Assembly (NCBI GenBank): GCA_963771075.1 | Contig: CAVYSE010000005.1 | Span: forward strand, 64,001 to 128,000 | Origin: a candidate division FCPU426 bacterium | GTDB taxonomy: Bacteria > Oederibacteriota > Muellerivitia > Muellerivitales > Muellerivitaceae | DNA length: 64,000 nucleotides | Direction of reading: 5' to 3' | Part shown: positions 50,256-60,389 of the stretch, one piece after another | Position numbering within the stretch: the stretch's first letter is position 1 | How the letters are laid out: every line of letters begins with the position of its first letter | Program-made: the position numbers and the translations under genes | The notes under the pieces: model-generated | Databases searched by the model: none | The model's input: the letters and a program-made list of their open reading frames with translations, nothing else | Told to the model about the DNA's origin: nothing

Positions 50256-50492
50256 TTAAGCAAGCGTGTCGAACTTGGGGCTTGGCCCAGGATTTGAGCC
50301 TACCGCCTCGTCCTGGGTATCTCCCGAACCTTCCCCATCCTTCATGTCCCTGAGTTTCTTGTGTTCCCGGTTCAACTCATTTTGCAACTCGCGCGATTTT
50401 TGGCCGAAGCGCCTTCGGCGCGGAATCACTTTTTGGGCGCGGGGCGTTTGCACGATGGGGTCCACGGGCGGGAAGGGGTCGTCAACCGTCAT
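50256..50492 (-). CDS. Small hypothetical protein
   Basis: GGAGG RBS before ATG; 78 aa. Confidence 0.5.
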   Translation of the reverse strand: MTVDDPFPPVDPIVQTPRAQKVIPRRRRFGQKSRELQNELNREHKKLRDMKDGEGSGDTQDEAVGSNPGPSPKFDTLA

Positions 50493-50511
50493 GGGAAACC
50501 TCCGAACCGGC

Positions 50512-51588
50512 TCAGGGTGGGGCGGGCAACTCGCCCGAGGGCTGGGCCGGAGGCGCGGTCTCGGGCACAGCCCTAGCCACGGGGGTGGGTGTTTCCCCAC
50601 CGGGAGGAACCAGTTCCGGCGGGTTGGTTCGGGGCACATCCGTGTCGGGCGGGGGCGGAACATTAACGCCCGGCGCGGGTAAACGAGTTGGGGTCGGAGC
50701 GGGCGGGATGGGCGTATCCGTGGGGGCAGGCGGGGTGATTCGTTTGGGTAACTTTGTTTTTTTCTTAGGAGCCCGTTTGGGAATGGGGGTTGCGGTGGGG
50801 AGGGGAGTGACCGTGCTGGTGGCGGTCGCCGTGGGCGTGAAAGAGGGCGACCTTGTGGGGGTGACGGTCGGGGAATTGACTGGAACCGCGGTGGGGGTCG
50901 GGATGGGAGTGGGGGTCGTTATGAAAGAAAGAATATAGGGTTTAGCCTCTTCCAACCCGGGCGTGCCGTCCCAAAACCAAAGCATGCCCAGGAGCAGGAA
51001 AATGACGAACAAGACAAGATAAGCCCCGAAACTTGAGGATTTACGTTTTCCCACCCCCTCGATCTTCACCTTGAATATCTCGATCTTTTGGTCGATGTTC
51101 TTGAGATCCTTGACTCCCAGGGAGGCCACCTTGAACTCGCCCTTGTTCTTGATGTGGTGGTAAACATCGGAGGAAATGCAGATGCCCCCCGGTTCGGCGA
51201 GGGGGTAAATGCGCGCCGCGATATTGACGCCGTCGCCGAAGATGTCGTTGTCACGGATGACAACATCGCCGATGTGGATGCCGATGCGAACCCGCCGCTG
51301 GTTGCCCGAGATACGGCTATGTTCCTGGAAACGCTTCTGGATGGTCACCGCGCATTTGACCGCGTTGACCGCGCTGGAAAAGTCGGCCATGAAGGAATCC
51401 CCCACGGTCTTGATGACCCGGCCCTGATGCTTTTGGATCTCCTCGCGGATGAGGGTGTCGTGGAATTTCAGGAAGAGCAGGGTGCCGGTCTCGTCCTCGC
51501 CCATCATCTTGCTGTAGCCCACGATATCCGTGAACATGATGGCGGAAAGCCTGCGTTCCAGTTCCGACTCGGCCATAGGTCCCCTCAA
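50512..51588 (-). CDS. Class III adenylate/guanylate cyclase with TM and Pro/Thr-rich tail
   Basis: AIMFTDIVGYS, KTVGDS, RIGIHIGDV, GDGVNIAAR. Confidence 0.9.
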   Translation of the reverse strand: MRGPMAESELERRLSAIMFTDIVGYSKMMGEDETGTLLFLKFHDTLIREEIQKHQGRVIKTVGDSFMADFSSAVNAVKCAVTIQKRFQEHSRISGNQRRVRIGIHIGDVVIRDNDIFGDGVNIAARIYPLAEPGGICISSDVYHHIKNKGEFKVASLGVKDLKNIDQKIEIFKVKIEGVGKRKSSSFGAYLVLFVIFLLLGMLWFWDGTPGLEEAKPYILSFITTPTPIPTPTAVPVNSPTVTPTRSPSFTPTATATSTVTPLPTATPIPKRAPKKKTKLPKRITPPAPTDTPIPPAPTPTRLPAPGVNVPPPPDTDVPRTNPPELVPPGGETPTPVARAVPETAPPAQPSGELPAPP

Positions 51589-51778
51589 AGTTATTCGTTA
51601 AACCTCGGACATTATATAAGTCAAAAAGGGGAAAGTTAAGAAAAGGGGGGCTTTTGCCCATTTTGAAAAATGACGAGGGAACTTAACCGGAATGAGGCGC
51701 TCGGGTCAGGCTTGCCAGGGCCCTCCAGGAGCGTGGTGGAGATCCCCGGACAAGCCCGGGGAATTCAACCCGGCGACT

Positions 51779-53007
51779 CTAAAAATTATAACTCACCTGA
51801 AGGTTGCCCTTTAGACCGCTCAAATCCACCGTCATGGGGGTGGTGCTGGGAGCCGGGTCTCCCGGATAGATATTGGGGGTTGTGCGGCCGTAGACAGGCC
51901 TTTCCACGTTCCCGCTGGAGACCGGAACGATCATGGTTCCAAAGTCGGTAGGCACCTTATCCAAAGTAAGCGTCATTGTCTGGCCTTCGGAGTAGGTACC
52001 GGTCACGGGCGCCTGGAAATTGCTGGCGGAAGCGAACTGGTAACCGACCGATTGGGAAACGACAAAACCTCCCCCCAAATCCCAGTCCAATCCCACTTGG
52101 GCCTGTCCGCCAAACCCTAAGCCCATGAAATTGCCGTTGATCGTATCCGTATCGTATTCCAGGGTGTCGGGGTTACCAAAGGAATCGCTGCTATTAAAGT
52201 TGATTTGCATCGCCACCAAGGCGAGGCCCCCGGAAATGAAGGGACGAAAATCCCCATGGGATAAAATGTAGCGGGCCTGGAGGCCAAAAAGCTCCGAGGT
52301 AATGGAATAGGAATCGGTCGCGATGAGTGGATAGGAAGGGTTGCCGGGGTTGGGGAGTTGAAAAGTATTGTTCACCGTACCGACGGGCAGAAAGGTCAGA
52401 AAGACACCCAGCTCAAACTCCGGGCCGAAACGCTGGGACCCTTCGATCCCGATTTGGGCGACCGCCTGGTCGGGAACGCTTCCCGAATAGGTCGGGGAAT
52501 CGCCCATGCTTTGCGCGTATTGGCCCATGGCCACATAAGAGAGGCGTCGGCCTTGAAATCATCCAGGGACATCATCGAAGCGCCGAAGGTCAGACGGACA
52601 TCGTATTTTTTCGAGAAGGTGATGTCCTTGGGAGGGGCGGGCTGCATCGCGGCGACATTGGGCTGGGGCGGGACATATCCCACTTGGGCCTGGAGCGCTT
52701 GGATGAATTGGGCGAGTTGGGGGTTGGGTTGGACCGATTCCACCCTCTGGTAATCGGCCAAAGCGGCGGCCTTGTTGCCCAGGGTGTACTCGCAGTTGGC
52801 CCGGCCCTGGTAGGCCGCCAGGTTGTTGGGGTCGAGGCTGATGGCCGCGCCGAAATATTGAACGGCCAAGGCGTAATTTTTGGCGTTATAAAGCTGGAGA
52901 CCGGCCTGGTAGTAATCCGCCGAAGTGGCGGCCTGGAGGCGGGGAGCGGCCACGAAAACTGAAAGCAGGATCAATATCACACCCAACGAACGAATACGAA
53001 AGCGCAT
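51779..53007 (-). CDS. TPR plus outer-membrane beta-barrel protein, frameshifted near 52530
   Basis: Signal + TPR in ORF 53046-52396; barrel strands ending VSYNF in ORF 52534-51779. Confidence 0.7.
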
Positions 53008-53088
53008 AGGGTTACCTCGGGATAATTTGAAAAACGATAACGTCAACCAACCCTAGTTTAACAAAAGAAATTTTGATCGAAATGGAAT

Positions 53089-54858
53089 TTACCGCATTTT
53101 GCTATTTGTCAGGCTCTTGTGGACCTTGACTACCTGGAAAAAGGGACAGGGGTAGACCGTCTCAAACTCGGTTACCATCCCGTACTTTTCCCGCAAGCAA
53201 GTTTGGTAGAACCCCCTTTCCTCCTCCGTGGCGATGAGAAAAAGGTTGGGATTGTCCACCAGGTCGAGAAAGAGGTTCTTCACCCCGAATCGGTTCATCA
53301 TGGCGCGGGCGGTGGGGGTGCGCTGGAACCAGGTCAGGGGAAGCATGTTGAACCCCCGGAACATCTCGAAATCGCCGAAGGCGGGGTTGAACTCCATGGG
53401 AAAACCCGATTCCCAGACCACGTAAAGCTGTTGGTCGTTCGGGTGGATGCCGTCCATAGAGGCCTTGAAAAGGGACTCGCATTGGTTCCACCGCTGGTTT
53501 CGGGAAATTTCCTTCTGGAAAAAGTAAATGGAGAAAAGGGCCAGTAGAAGGGCGGAGCCCCAGGCGGACCAGCGGATGAAAGCGGTCTTCGCGGGGGGCA
53601 GGGAGGGGTCCTTCCATTTTGGCACCGCGTAAAAAACGCCCAGGGTGACCAGGAAGAAAAGGCCGGGCAGGAAAACCCTTTCGGGGAGCTTTTCCGAGAA
53701 CATCAAATAACCCAGTGCCAGGAAAACCCAAAGGGCCGTCATCCCGAAAGCGCGGCCGGAACTGCGGGGAATAAGCCAAAGAATCGCGAACAGGAAAAGC
53801 AGGGAGATCTGGGTAGTGTCGAAGGAAAACTTATTGAAGAGGCTAAAGGCCGGATTCTTGTCGAAACCGTACTTGGGGAAATAATCGTTCAGTTTTTGGA
53901 GCTTATCGACGCTGTAGGTGTCCTCGTCCAGGAAGTACCAGCTTTGGAACAGGTTCAGGTCGTTAGCGGTCCAGCCGATAGAATCGAATACAGGCTTGCT
54001 CTTTTCGTCGTACACCGGGTTGCGGGCCTCGTGGAGCTCGAAATGTTGGTCGAAAAATTCGGTGAATTTCATCCAGCCGGGATCCCGGTGGTAGAAGGCG
54101 TATTGGGTTCCGACCGATAGGCCGGCGGCCAAGGCGGTGACGACGAGCAGGCCCAGCAATTTTTTTCGGGTCGGGGTCAAGGCCTGGCCCCGCCCCAGGG
54201 CCCCCAGGGTGGGGAGGGATAGGAGGACGATCAGGCCCACCGCCGGATAACGGATCTGGACGCCGAGGACCATCAATAAGAAGAACAAAAGGTACGCGAA
54301 GAGGGGGGGCTGACGGTCTTTCTCCCTCCAAAGTGCGGCCATTAATAGGATTCCCCCCAGCCCCGCCAGGGAGGAGGTCATGGTCCATTGTAGATTGGAG
54401 AAAAAGTAAGCTCCCAGCCCCGCGGAAGCGAAGAGGAACAAAAGGGTGCGGAAGCCCTTGTGTCCTCCCCATTGAAAAGCCGTCAAGAGGGCCCAAAAGG
54501 ATAGGAACTGGGTCAAAACCAGCAGGCCGCTATACCACTGGAAGCCGGGAAAAAGTTTGTAGAGTGTCTTTAATAATGAACAAAGCAGGATGTTCTCCCG
54601 TTGATTGAGGGCGCTGGGGGCCTGGGTCAGGCCCACTCCCTTTAATAGAAGGAGAACTTGGACGTCATCCGCATATTGGAAGTGGGGTCGAAAAAAGGCG
54701 TAAATAAGGAGAACCAACCCCAAGGTGATCAAAAAGGAAGTGAAAAAAGGTTTGTCGGAAAAATATAGGATAAGTTTATAGAAAAGGGCAACTATCGATG
54801 TGGGTGAATTAGAAATTTTGGGAGGGTTGGTTTCCAAAAGATGACCTTGGGCTTTCAT
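53089..54858 (-). CDS. Multi-pass membrane protein (possible GT-C glycosyltransferase)
   Basis: About 12 TMs, DD motif in the first loop. Confidence 0.6.
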   Translation of the reverse strand: MKAQGHLLETNPPKISNSPTSIVALFYKLILYFSDKPFFTSFLITLGLVLLIYAFFRPHFQYADDVQVLLLLKGVGLTQAPSALNQRENILLCSLLKTLYKLFPGFQWYSGLLVLTQFLSFWALLTAFQWGGHKGFRTLLFLFASAGLGAYFFSNLQWTMTSSLAGLGGILLMAALWREKDRQPPLFAYLLFFLLMVLGVQIRYPAVGLIVLLSLPTLGALGRGQALTPTRKKLLGLLVVTALAAGLSVGTQYAFYHRDPGWMKFTEFFDQHFELHEARNPVYDEKSKPVFDSIGWTANDLNLFQSWYFLDEDTYSVDKLQKLNDYFPKYGFDKNPAFSLFNKFSFDTTQISLLFLFAILWLIPRSSGRAFGMTALWVFLALGYLMFSEKLPERVFLPGLFFLVTLGVFYAVPKWKDPSLPPAKTAFIRWSAWGSALLLALFSIYFFQKEISRNQRWNQCESLFKASMDGIHPNDQQLYVVWESGFPMEFNPAFGDFEMFRGFNMLPLTWFQRTPTARAMMNRFGVKNLFLDLVDNPNLFLIATEEERGFYQTCLREKYGMVTEFETVYPCPFFQVVKVHKSLTNSKMR

Positions 54859-54954
54859 GGTTTGTTACACAGATGGGCAAGTCATTTTATTCTATAAATT
54901 TTGATAAGAAAAAATGGCGGGAGGTCTGGGTGTTGAACTTGCCGTTTCGACCGA

Positions 54955-55941
54955 TTAATCCCGGTTCACCATCTTACCCATCATCTCGCCATAACGTTCA
55001 CCTTGAACCTTGAAGGAGGCCAGGATTTGGTCCAAAGCGCCGAAATCGGCGTCGGAAAAAGAAAGGGTGGCGGCTTGCGCGTTTTCCTCCAAGTGTTTCA
55101 CCTGGGTGGTCCCGGGGATAGGCACCACGTCCGGACCTCTTTTTAAGAGCCAAGCCAAGGCCACTTGGGAGGGAGTCGCGTTGCTTTTTGCGGCAAGCTT
55201 CGTCACTTCCTCCACTAACCGGATGTTGGCTTGAAAGTTCCCGCCTTGGAAACGGGGCAGGTTTCGGCGCATGTCGCCCTCGGGAATATCCTCGTACCTT
55301 TTGATGGCTCCGGTTAAAAATCCACGGCCCACGGGGCTGAAGGGAACCAGGCCGATCTTGAGTTCGCGCAGGACCGGGAGGATCTTCTCCTCCAATCCCG
55401 TTTCCCAGAGTGAATACTCGCTTTGAAGGGCGGAAATGGGGTGAACCCGATGCGCTCGCCGCAGGGTGTTGGGCCCCACCTCGCTCAAGCCTAAATACCT
55501 CACCTTGCCTTCCTTGACCAGTTGGGACATAGCCCCCACGGTTTCCTCGATGGGCACCTTGGGGTCGGCCCGATGGAGGTAAAGGAGATCGATTGTTTCA
55601 ATGCCAAGCCTCGAAAGGGAACCTTCCGTCGCCCGGCGCGCGTTTTGGGGAGAACCATCCAGGTTTTCAAACCCGGTCTTTCCCTCTTTCCAGGCGAATT
55701 TGGTGGCCACAACCACCCGGGAGCGAGTGCCCTTGAGGGCTCTGCCGAGCAATTCCTCATTCTTAAAAGGTCCATAGGCTTCCGCGGTATCCCAGAAATC
55801 GATACCCAACTCCAGGGAGCGGTGCAAAACCCGCAAGGATTCGGCCTCGTCGGCCTTGCCATAGGCGAAACTCATCCCCATGCAGCCCAGTCCCAGGGCG
55901 GAAACTTCCAGGCCTTGGGTCCCAAGTTTTCGTTTCTCCAT
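54955..55941 (-). CDS. Aldo/keto reductase
   Basis: GLGCMGMS, DTAEAYG, ALQSEYSLW, PIPGT. Confidence 0.92.
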   Translation of the reverse strand: MEKRKLGTQGLEVSALGLGCMGMSFAYGKADEAESLRVLHRSLELGIDFWDTAEAYGPFKNEELLGRALKGTRSRVVVATKFAWKEGKTGFENLDGSPQNARRATEGSLSRLGIETIDLLYLHRADPKVPIEETVGAMSQLVKEGKVRYLGLSEVGPNTLRRAHRVHPISALQSEYSLWETGLEEKILPVLRELKIGLVPFSPVGRGFLTGAIKRYEDIPEGDMRRNLPRFQGGNFQANIRLVEEVTKLAAKSNATPSQVALAWLLKRGPDVVPIPGTTQVKHLEENAQAATLSFSDADFGALDQILASFKVQGERYGEMMGKMVNRD

Positions 55942-56046
55942 TGTTCTTCTTCCTCGTTGAATAGAGTAAACTTGCAAGTCTGACGCTCCATTTTGCGCGG
56001 TCGGAACCAGATTTCAAGCGTTTCCAAAACCCAAGGAGGGCTTTCC

Positions 56047-56805
56047 ATGAGATTAACAGGTCGCACGATCCTTATCACAGGCGGGGGTTCGGGCATAGGC
56101 GGGGGATTGGCGGAGGCTTTTCACCAGAGGGGAAATAAGGTCATCATCACCGGCCGGCGGCCCAAGGTATTGAAGGAAATGACCCAGAAACACAAGGGCA
56201 TGGAAGCCTTCGCCATGGACGTTTCCTCCGAATCGGACGTGCAACGGCTCTACAAGGCGGTATCCAAAAAATATCCAACCCTCGACGCGTTGATCAACAA
56301 CGCGGGGCTTATGCTCTGGCCCGATTTCGCCACCGGTGAAAGGCTGGACGACAACCTTTACCAGGAAATTGACGTCAACTTGAAGGGACTCATCCGCATG
56401 ACCGCGGTTTTCCTGCCTTTATTGAAGAAACAAAAGGAATCCACCCTGGTCAACGTTAGCTCGGGCCTGGCCTTTGTGCCCCTGGCCTCCACGCCCATCT
56501 ATTGCGCTACCAAGGCCGCCGTGCATTCTTTCACCGATTCGCTTCGCTACCAGCTTCGAAACACCCTGGTGGAGGTGATCGAGATCGCCCCGCCCGCGGT
56601 CCAGACCGACCTGGGCGCAGCACCCGGAAAGCCCGAAGGCAATTACCCCCGCATGCCCCTGGACCAGTTCACCCAGGAGACCCTGAAAGCGCTGGAGTCC
56701 GGGAAAAAGGAACTCGTCATTCAGAGGGCCAAGTTTCTGAAGGCCGGCTCCCGTTTCTTCCCGGGCCGGGTGTTCAGCATGCTTAACCCACTCAAAGGGA
56801 GATAG
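56047..56805 (+). CDS. Short-chain dehydrogenase (DltE-like)
   Basis: TGGGSGIG, NNAG, YCATK. Confidence 0.9.
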   Translation: MRLTGRTILITGGGSGIGGGLAEAFHQRGNKVIITGRRPKVLKEMTQKHKGMEAFAMDVSSESDVQRLYKAVSKKYPTLDALINNAGLMLWPDFATGERLDDNLYQEIDVNLKGLIRMTAVFLPLLKKQKESTLVNVSSGLAFVPLASTPIYCATKAAVHSFTDSLRYQLRNTLVEVIEIAPPAVQTDLGAAPGKPEGNYPRMPLDQFTQETLKALESGKKELVIQRAKFLKAGSRFFPGRVFSMLNPLKGR

Positions 56806-56939
56806 GAATTGAAGCTGGCATGGGTCCGGACCGCACGGAAGACCCTTCGCGGGGTTAAAAAGGCCCTGTGGACGCTGGAAAATAAAGACCCTTTTAGGCC
56901 ATAATCCAACCCGTCATCGTGTCAACCCAGGAGGAAAAT

Positions 56940-57218
56940 ATGCCCGTTAAAGTCATGATCCCCACGCCTCTTCGCAACCTCACCCAAAACCAGGCCGAGG
57001 TAACCGCCGAAGGCGCAAGCATCAAGGAACTCATCGAGAATCTCGGCAAAAGTTATGACGGTTTGAAGGGCCGTATCCTCGATGAAAACGGTAAGATCCG
57101 GCGGTTCGTGAACATCTACTTAAATGAGGAAGACATTCGCTTCCTGCAGGGGGAAGCGACCGCCCTGAAGGACGGGGACCAGATCTCCATCGTACCCGCC
57201 ATCGCGGGGGGAAAATAA
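56940..57218 (+). CDS. MoaD/ThiS/CysO-type ubiquitin-like sulfur carrier
   Basis: IPTPLR..FVNIYLNEEDIRF..IVPAIAGGK. Confidence 0.9.
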   Translation: MPVKVMIPTPLRNLTQNQAEVTAEGASIKELIENLGKSYDGLKGRILDENGKIRRFVNIYLNEEDIRFLQGEATALKDGDQISIVPAIAGGK

Positions 57219-57230
57219 AAAACAACGTCC

Positions 57231-57379
57231 AACACAAAGCCGCAAAGACGCCAAGAAATTTCAAAAAATCGAGATTAAGGCATCAAACCAAAATCCGGCA
57301 AAAAGTCTGAAAGATTCGAAAGAAACTGTTGAATTTTAATCCTGATTTGACTTTCTTGGCGTCTTTGCGGCTTTGAGTT
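57231..57379. repeat. Long inverted repeat pair (REPIN-like)
   Basis: AACACAAAGCCGCAAAGACGCCAAGAAA ... TTTCTTGGCGTCTTTGCGGCTTTGAGTT. Confidence 0.8.
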
Positions 57380-57409
57380 AGATATGGAATTTGTAGTTTG
57401 GGGGTGTGC

Positions 57410-57655
57410 ATGACTTCCATCAAGAAACTCATTGAGCTGGATTATCCCAACGACAAGGTCACCCAGCCGGTCCTCTCGGAGATGATCAAGACCCACGATG
57501 TCATTGTGAACATCCGGAGGGCCTCCATCAGCAAGGGTTTCGGCTATGTGCAAATGGAAATCGATGGCGAGGAAAACGAAGTAAAAAAAGCCCTGGCCTA
57601 CCTTCAAAATCTCCACATTGACGTGAATCCCATCACCAAAGACATAGTCGAGTAG
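57410..57655 (+). CDS. NIL-domain protein
   Basis: YP..VTQPVL..VNIRRASI..G...EIDG..AL.YL. Confidence 0.8.
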   Translation: MTSIKKLIELDYPNDKVTQPVLSEMIKTHDVIVNIRRASISKGFGYVQMEIDGEENEVKKALAYLQNLHIDVNPITKDIVE

Positions 57656-57657
57656 CC

Positions 57658-58359
57658 ATGCCCGAGATTCCCGAAGGGCAGAACTCTCCCGCCTCCGGGT
57701 CACCCGAATGGCTGGAGCGTTATTCCCGCCAGACCCTGTTGAAGGGCGTGGGTGTGGAAGGACAAAAAAAATGGGCGAATTCCCGGGTTCGGGTGATCGG
57801 GGAGGGGCCGGCCCTGGAAGCCTGTTTGACCGCCCTGGCCTCGAGCGGAGCCGGAACCCTCTGGATCGGAAGCCCCGAACCCTACGACCTGCAAGCCCTT
57901 TCCCAAAACCAGCATCAAGCGAAGACAGACCTCCTTGCCGATATCGGCGATCAGTCCGATTCGGACCTGACCTTGGTCGTAACGGAACGGACGGAGATCC
58001 GCCGAAGGATCAGCCGGCAACTTCGCAAATTGAGGAAGACCGGTATTTTCGCCTGGCCCGCCGCGAGCGGGTTCGCCCTATGGGTGGGCACCCACGCCCC
58101 TGGGCCCTGTCCCTGTTTGGAATGTTTTGAGGTGCTGAATCCCAAGGCTTTCACGCATGGGACCCCCATGATCCAAAGACTCCTGGGTCAGGTGGCGGCC
58201 TCGGAGGGGCTGCTGTATCTTTTGAAAGGGGAATCCCCCCTGGCCCAAAGGGTCTGGATCACCGCCCTGGACACGGGAATCTCGCTTCACCATGAGGTTT
58301 TTTCGTCCTATAAATGCCCCGCCCAATTGGAAGACGAGGGCGCGTCCCACACGCCATGA
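57658..58359 (+). CDS. Degenerate ThiF/MoeB-family protein
   Basis: ERYSRQ..GVEGQKK, PCLEC; nucleotide-binding GxGG motif eroded. Confidence 0.7.
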   Translation: MPEIPEGQNSPASGSPEWLERYSRQTLLKGVGVEGQKKWANSRVRVIGEGPALEACLTALASSGAGTLWIGSPEPYDLQALSQNQHQAKTDLLADIGDQSDSDLTLVVTERTEIRRRISRQLRKLRKTGIFAWPAASGFALWVGTHAPGPCPCLECFEVLNPKAFTHGTPMIQRLLGQVAASEGLLYLLKGESPLAQRVWITALDTGISLHHEVFSSYKCPAQLEDEGASHTP

Positions 58360-59315
58360 TCCATAATCGCTATCCCCTTTCCACGAATGTGATCGAGCTC
58401 ATCGGCAACACGCCCCTGCTCCGATTGAAAAGAATTCCGGACCCCGGCCACGCCCAAGTCCTCTGCAAGATGGAATCCTTCAATCCCGGGGGAAGCCTCA
58501 AGGACCGCGTCGCCCTCTCCATGATCCAGGACGCCGAGCGGAAGGGCCTCCTGAAGCCCGGCGGAACCGTGGTGGAACCCACTAGTGGAAATACCGGCAT
58601 CGGGTTGGCAATGATTTGCGCAAAGAGGGGCTACCGATTAATCCTTTGCATGCCGGAGGACATGAGCCGGGAGCGTCGGGTGGTGCTGAAGGCTTACGGA
58701 GCGGAACTGGTTTTGACCCCCGCCCCGGGATTCATGGCGGCGGCGATGGAAAAGGCCCAGGAAATCCTGGCGGAAAACCCCGGTTTTTTCATGCCGGGAC
58801 AATTTTCAAACCGCGCGAATCCCGAGGCCCATATCCAAACAACCGCCCCCGAGATCGACCGGGACACCCAAGGCGAATTCGACGCCTTCGTGGCGGGCAT
58901 CGGCACGGGTGGAACCATCACGGGAGTGGGGGAATACTTCAAGGCGAAAAACCCGCGAATCCAAATCATCGGGGTTGAACCCTCCGCCTCGGCCGTTCTT
59001 TCGGGCGGAAAGCCGGGAGCCCACCGCATCCAAGGAATCGGGGCGGGGTTTATCCCTTCCATCTTGAACCGGGCAGTCATGGATGAAGTGATGAAGGTGG
59101 ATGACCGAAACGCCTACCATATGACCAAGCGCCTGGCCCGGGAGGAGGGGCTCCTATTGGGCATCTCCTCCGGCGCCAACGTGACGGCGGCATGCCGGGT
59201 GGCCCGGAGGCTCGGCCCGGAGGCCGCGGTGGTAACCATTTGTTGCGACATGGGAGAACGTTATTTCAGCTTGGATGAGGAGTTCCAGGGTGAGCCCCCC
59301 TCGGACGGCCTATAA
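58356..59315 (+). CDS. cysK: Cysteine synthase
   Basis: IGNTPL, NPGGSLKDR, EPTSGNTG, GTGGT, QGIGAG. Confidence 0.93.
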   Translation: MIHNRYPLSTNVIELIGNTPLLRLKRIPDPGHAQVLCKMESFNPGGSLKDRVALSMIQDAERKGLLKPGGTVVEPTSGNTGIGLAMICAKRGYRLILCMPEDMSRERRVVLKAYGAELVLTPAPGFMAAAMEKAQEILAENPGFFMPGQFSNRANPEAHIQTTAPEIDRDTQGEFDAFVAGIGTGGTITGVGEYFKAKNPRIQIIGVEPSASAVLSGGKPGAHRIQGIGAGFIPSILNRAVMDEVMKVDDRNAYHMTKRLAREEGLLLGISSGANVTAACRVARRLGPEAAVVTICCDMGERYFSLDEEFQGEPPSDGL

Positions 59316-59336
59316 ACTGGGTGCCTGGGCCCTCGG

Positions 59337-60314
59337 CTAATGTTTGAACAGGGAAGACAGGTCGGGAACCTCATAGGCTTGGGTCACGTGCTGGCTGCCT
59401 TCCCGGCAGACCCAGGTGTCCTTTTTTAAAATCCTCATGGCACGAAGTTGCGAGGAGGTGTAGGGCCCTTCCCAGCGGTCATTTTTATAAACCATGAAAG
59501 AAGTGTCCTTCGGAGCCGGTTCGGAAAGGGGTGAAAGCTTGAGAAAATCAAGGTTTTCCTTTTCCTCGTCGAGTATCTCGGGGGTCCCCTCTTCCTCTTT
59601 TTTCCCGCGGTGCGAGGTTCGGGTTTTGTCCATGGGTTGACTGTCCCGGATGTGTTTTCTTGTTTCCTTATCTTCCAAATGGGGGTCCAGCTTTTTGGAT
59701 TTCCGCTCCGTCGTGGTGACCGAGGCGATTAATTCCTCATCTTCCTTGAGCCTGTGGATTTCCTCTTTCAAGTGCTGGACCTTGGTCTTGTCGGGTACCG
59801 GTTTGGCTAGCTCGTTGTCCAACTCAATGCGTTTGAGGTGGAGCGGGTAGGATTTCCGGAGGATCTTGAAACATCTTTCCAATTCCGGATCGACCGGCTG
59901 GGCTTGAAGGGTCATGACGTTCAAGGCCATGGAATAGGCCAACTCGGCGTTGTCGGCCTTGAGATTGGGGTCCATCCCGATGTAACGGTTGAATAGCTTA
60001 ATGGCGTTCAGGTAAACCTGGTAAGCCTTCCGGATGTCTTTTTCCTCTTGATAGTATTTACCCACGAGGTAGTGGCATTGCAGGTCGAAGGATTCCTTCG
60101 GGTCAATTGCCTCGAATAGGGCCAGGGCTTCGGCGATATGGTGGGGCGCGGGTTCATGCTGGGTAAAACGGTTCAAAAGACAAAAATTGATGAACTGTGC
60201 CTGTAGCCCGTGGTCTTTGGGGTTGAACTCCAGCGCCTTCTTGAAACGTTTGTAATCCTTTTGATAACTATCGCTTTTTCCGAAGAGGGAGGTTAAGCGA
60301 ATTTTGATATCCAT
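59337..60314 (-). CDS. Hypothetical TPR-like protein with C-terminal GYF_2 domain
   Basis: GPYT..L..DTWVCREG. Confidence 0.65.
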   Translation of the reverse strand: MDIKIRLTSLFGKSDSYQKDYKRFKKALEFNPKDHGLQAQFINFCLLNRFTQHEPAPHHIAEALALFEAIDPKESFDLQCHYLVGKYYQEEKDIRKAYQVYLNAIKLFNRYIGMDPNLKADNAELAYSMALNVMTLQAQPVDPELERCFKILRKSYPLHLKRIELDNELAKPVPDKTKVQHLKEEIHRLKEDEELIASVTTTERKSKKLDPHLEDKETRKHIRDSQPMDKTRTSHRGKKEEEGTPEILDEEKENLDFLKLSPLSEPAPKDTSFMVYKNDRWEGPYTSSQLRAMRILKKDTWVCREGSQHVTQAYEVPDLSSLFKH

Positions 60315-60389
60315 AGAAAGCTTCCTTGATGAATAGGAGGTAGGGGCAGGATAGGAAGCGAGTGATCATAAAATCAAGAAAGATTTATT

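Noticed and set aside
1731..53007. Programmed frameshifting in TlpA, thrC, the GH at ~27500 and the TPR-barrel gene
   Set aside because: Scattered single-base shifts in unrelated single-copy genes without clear slippery sites fit long-read indel errors better; needs read-level checking.
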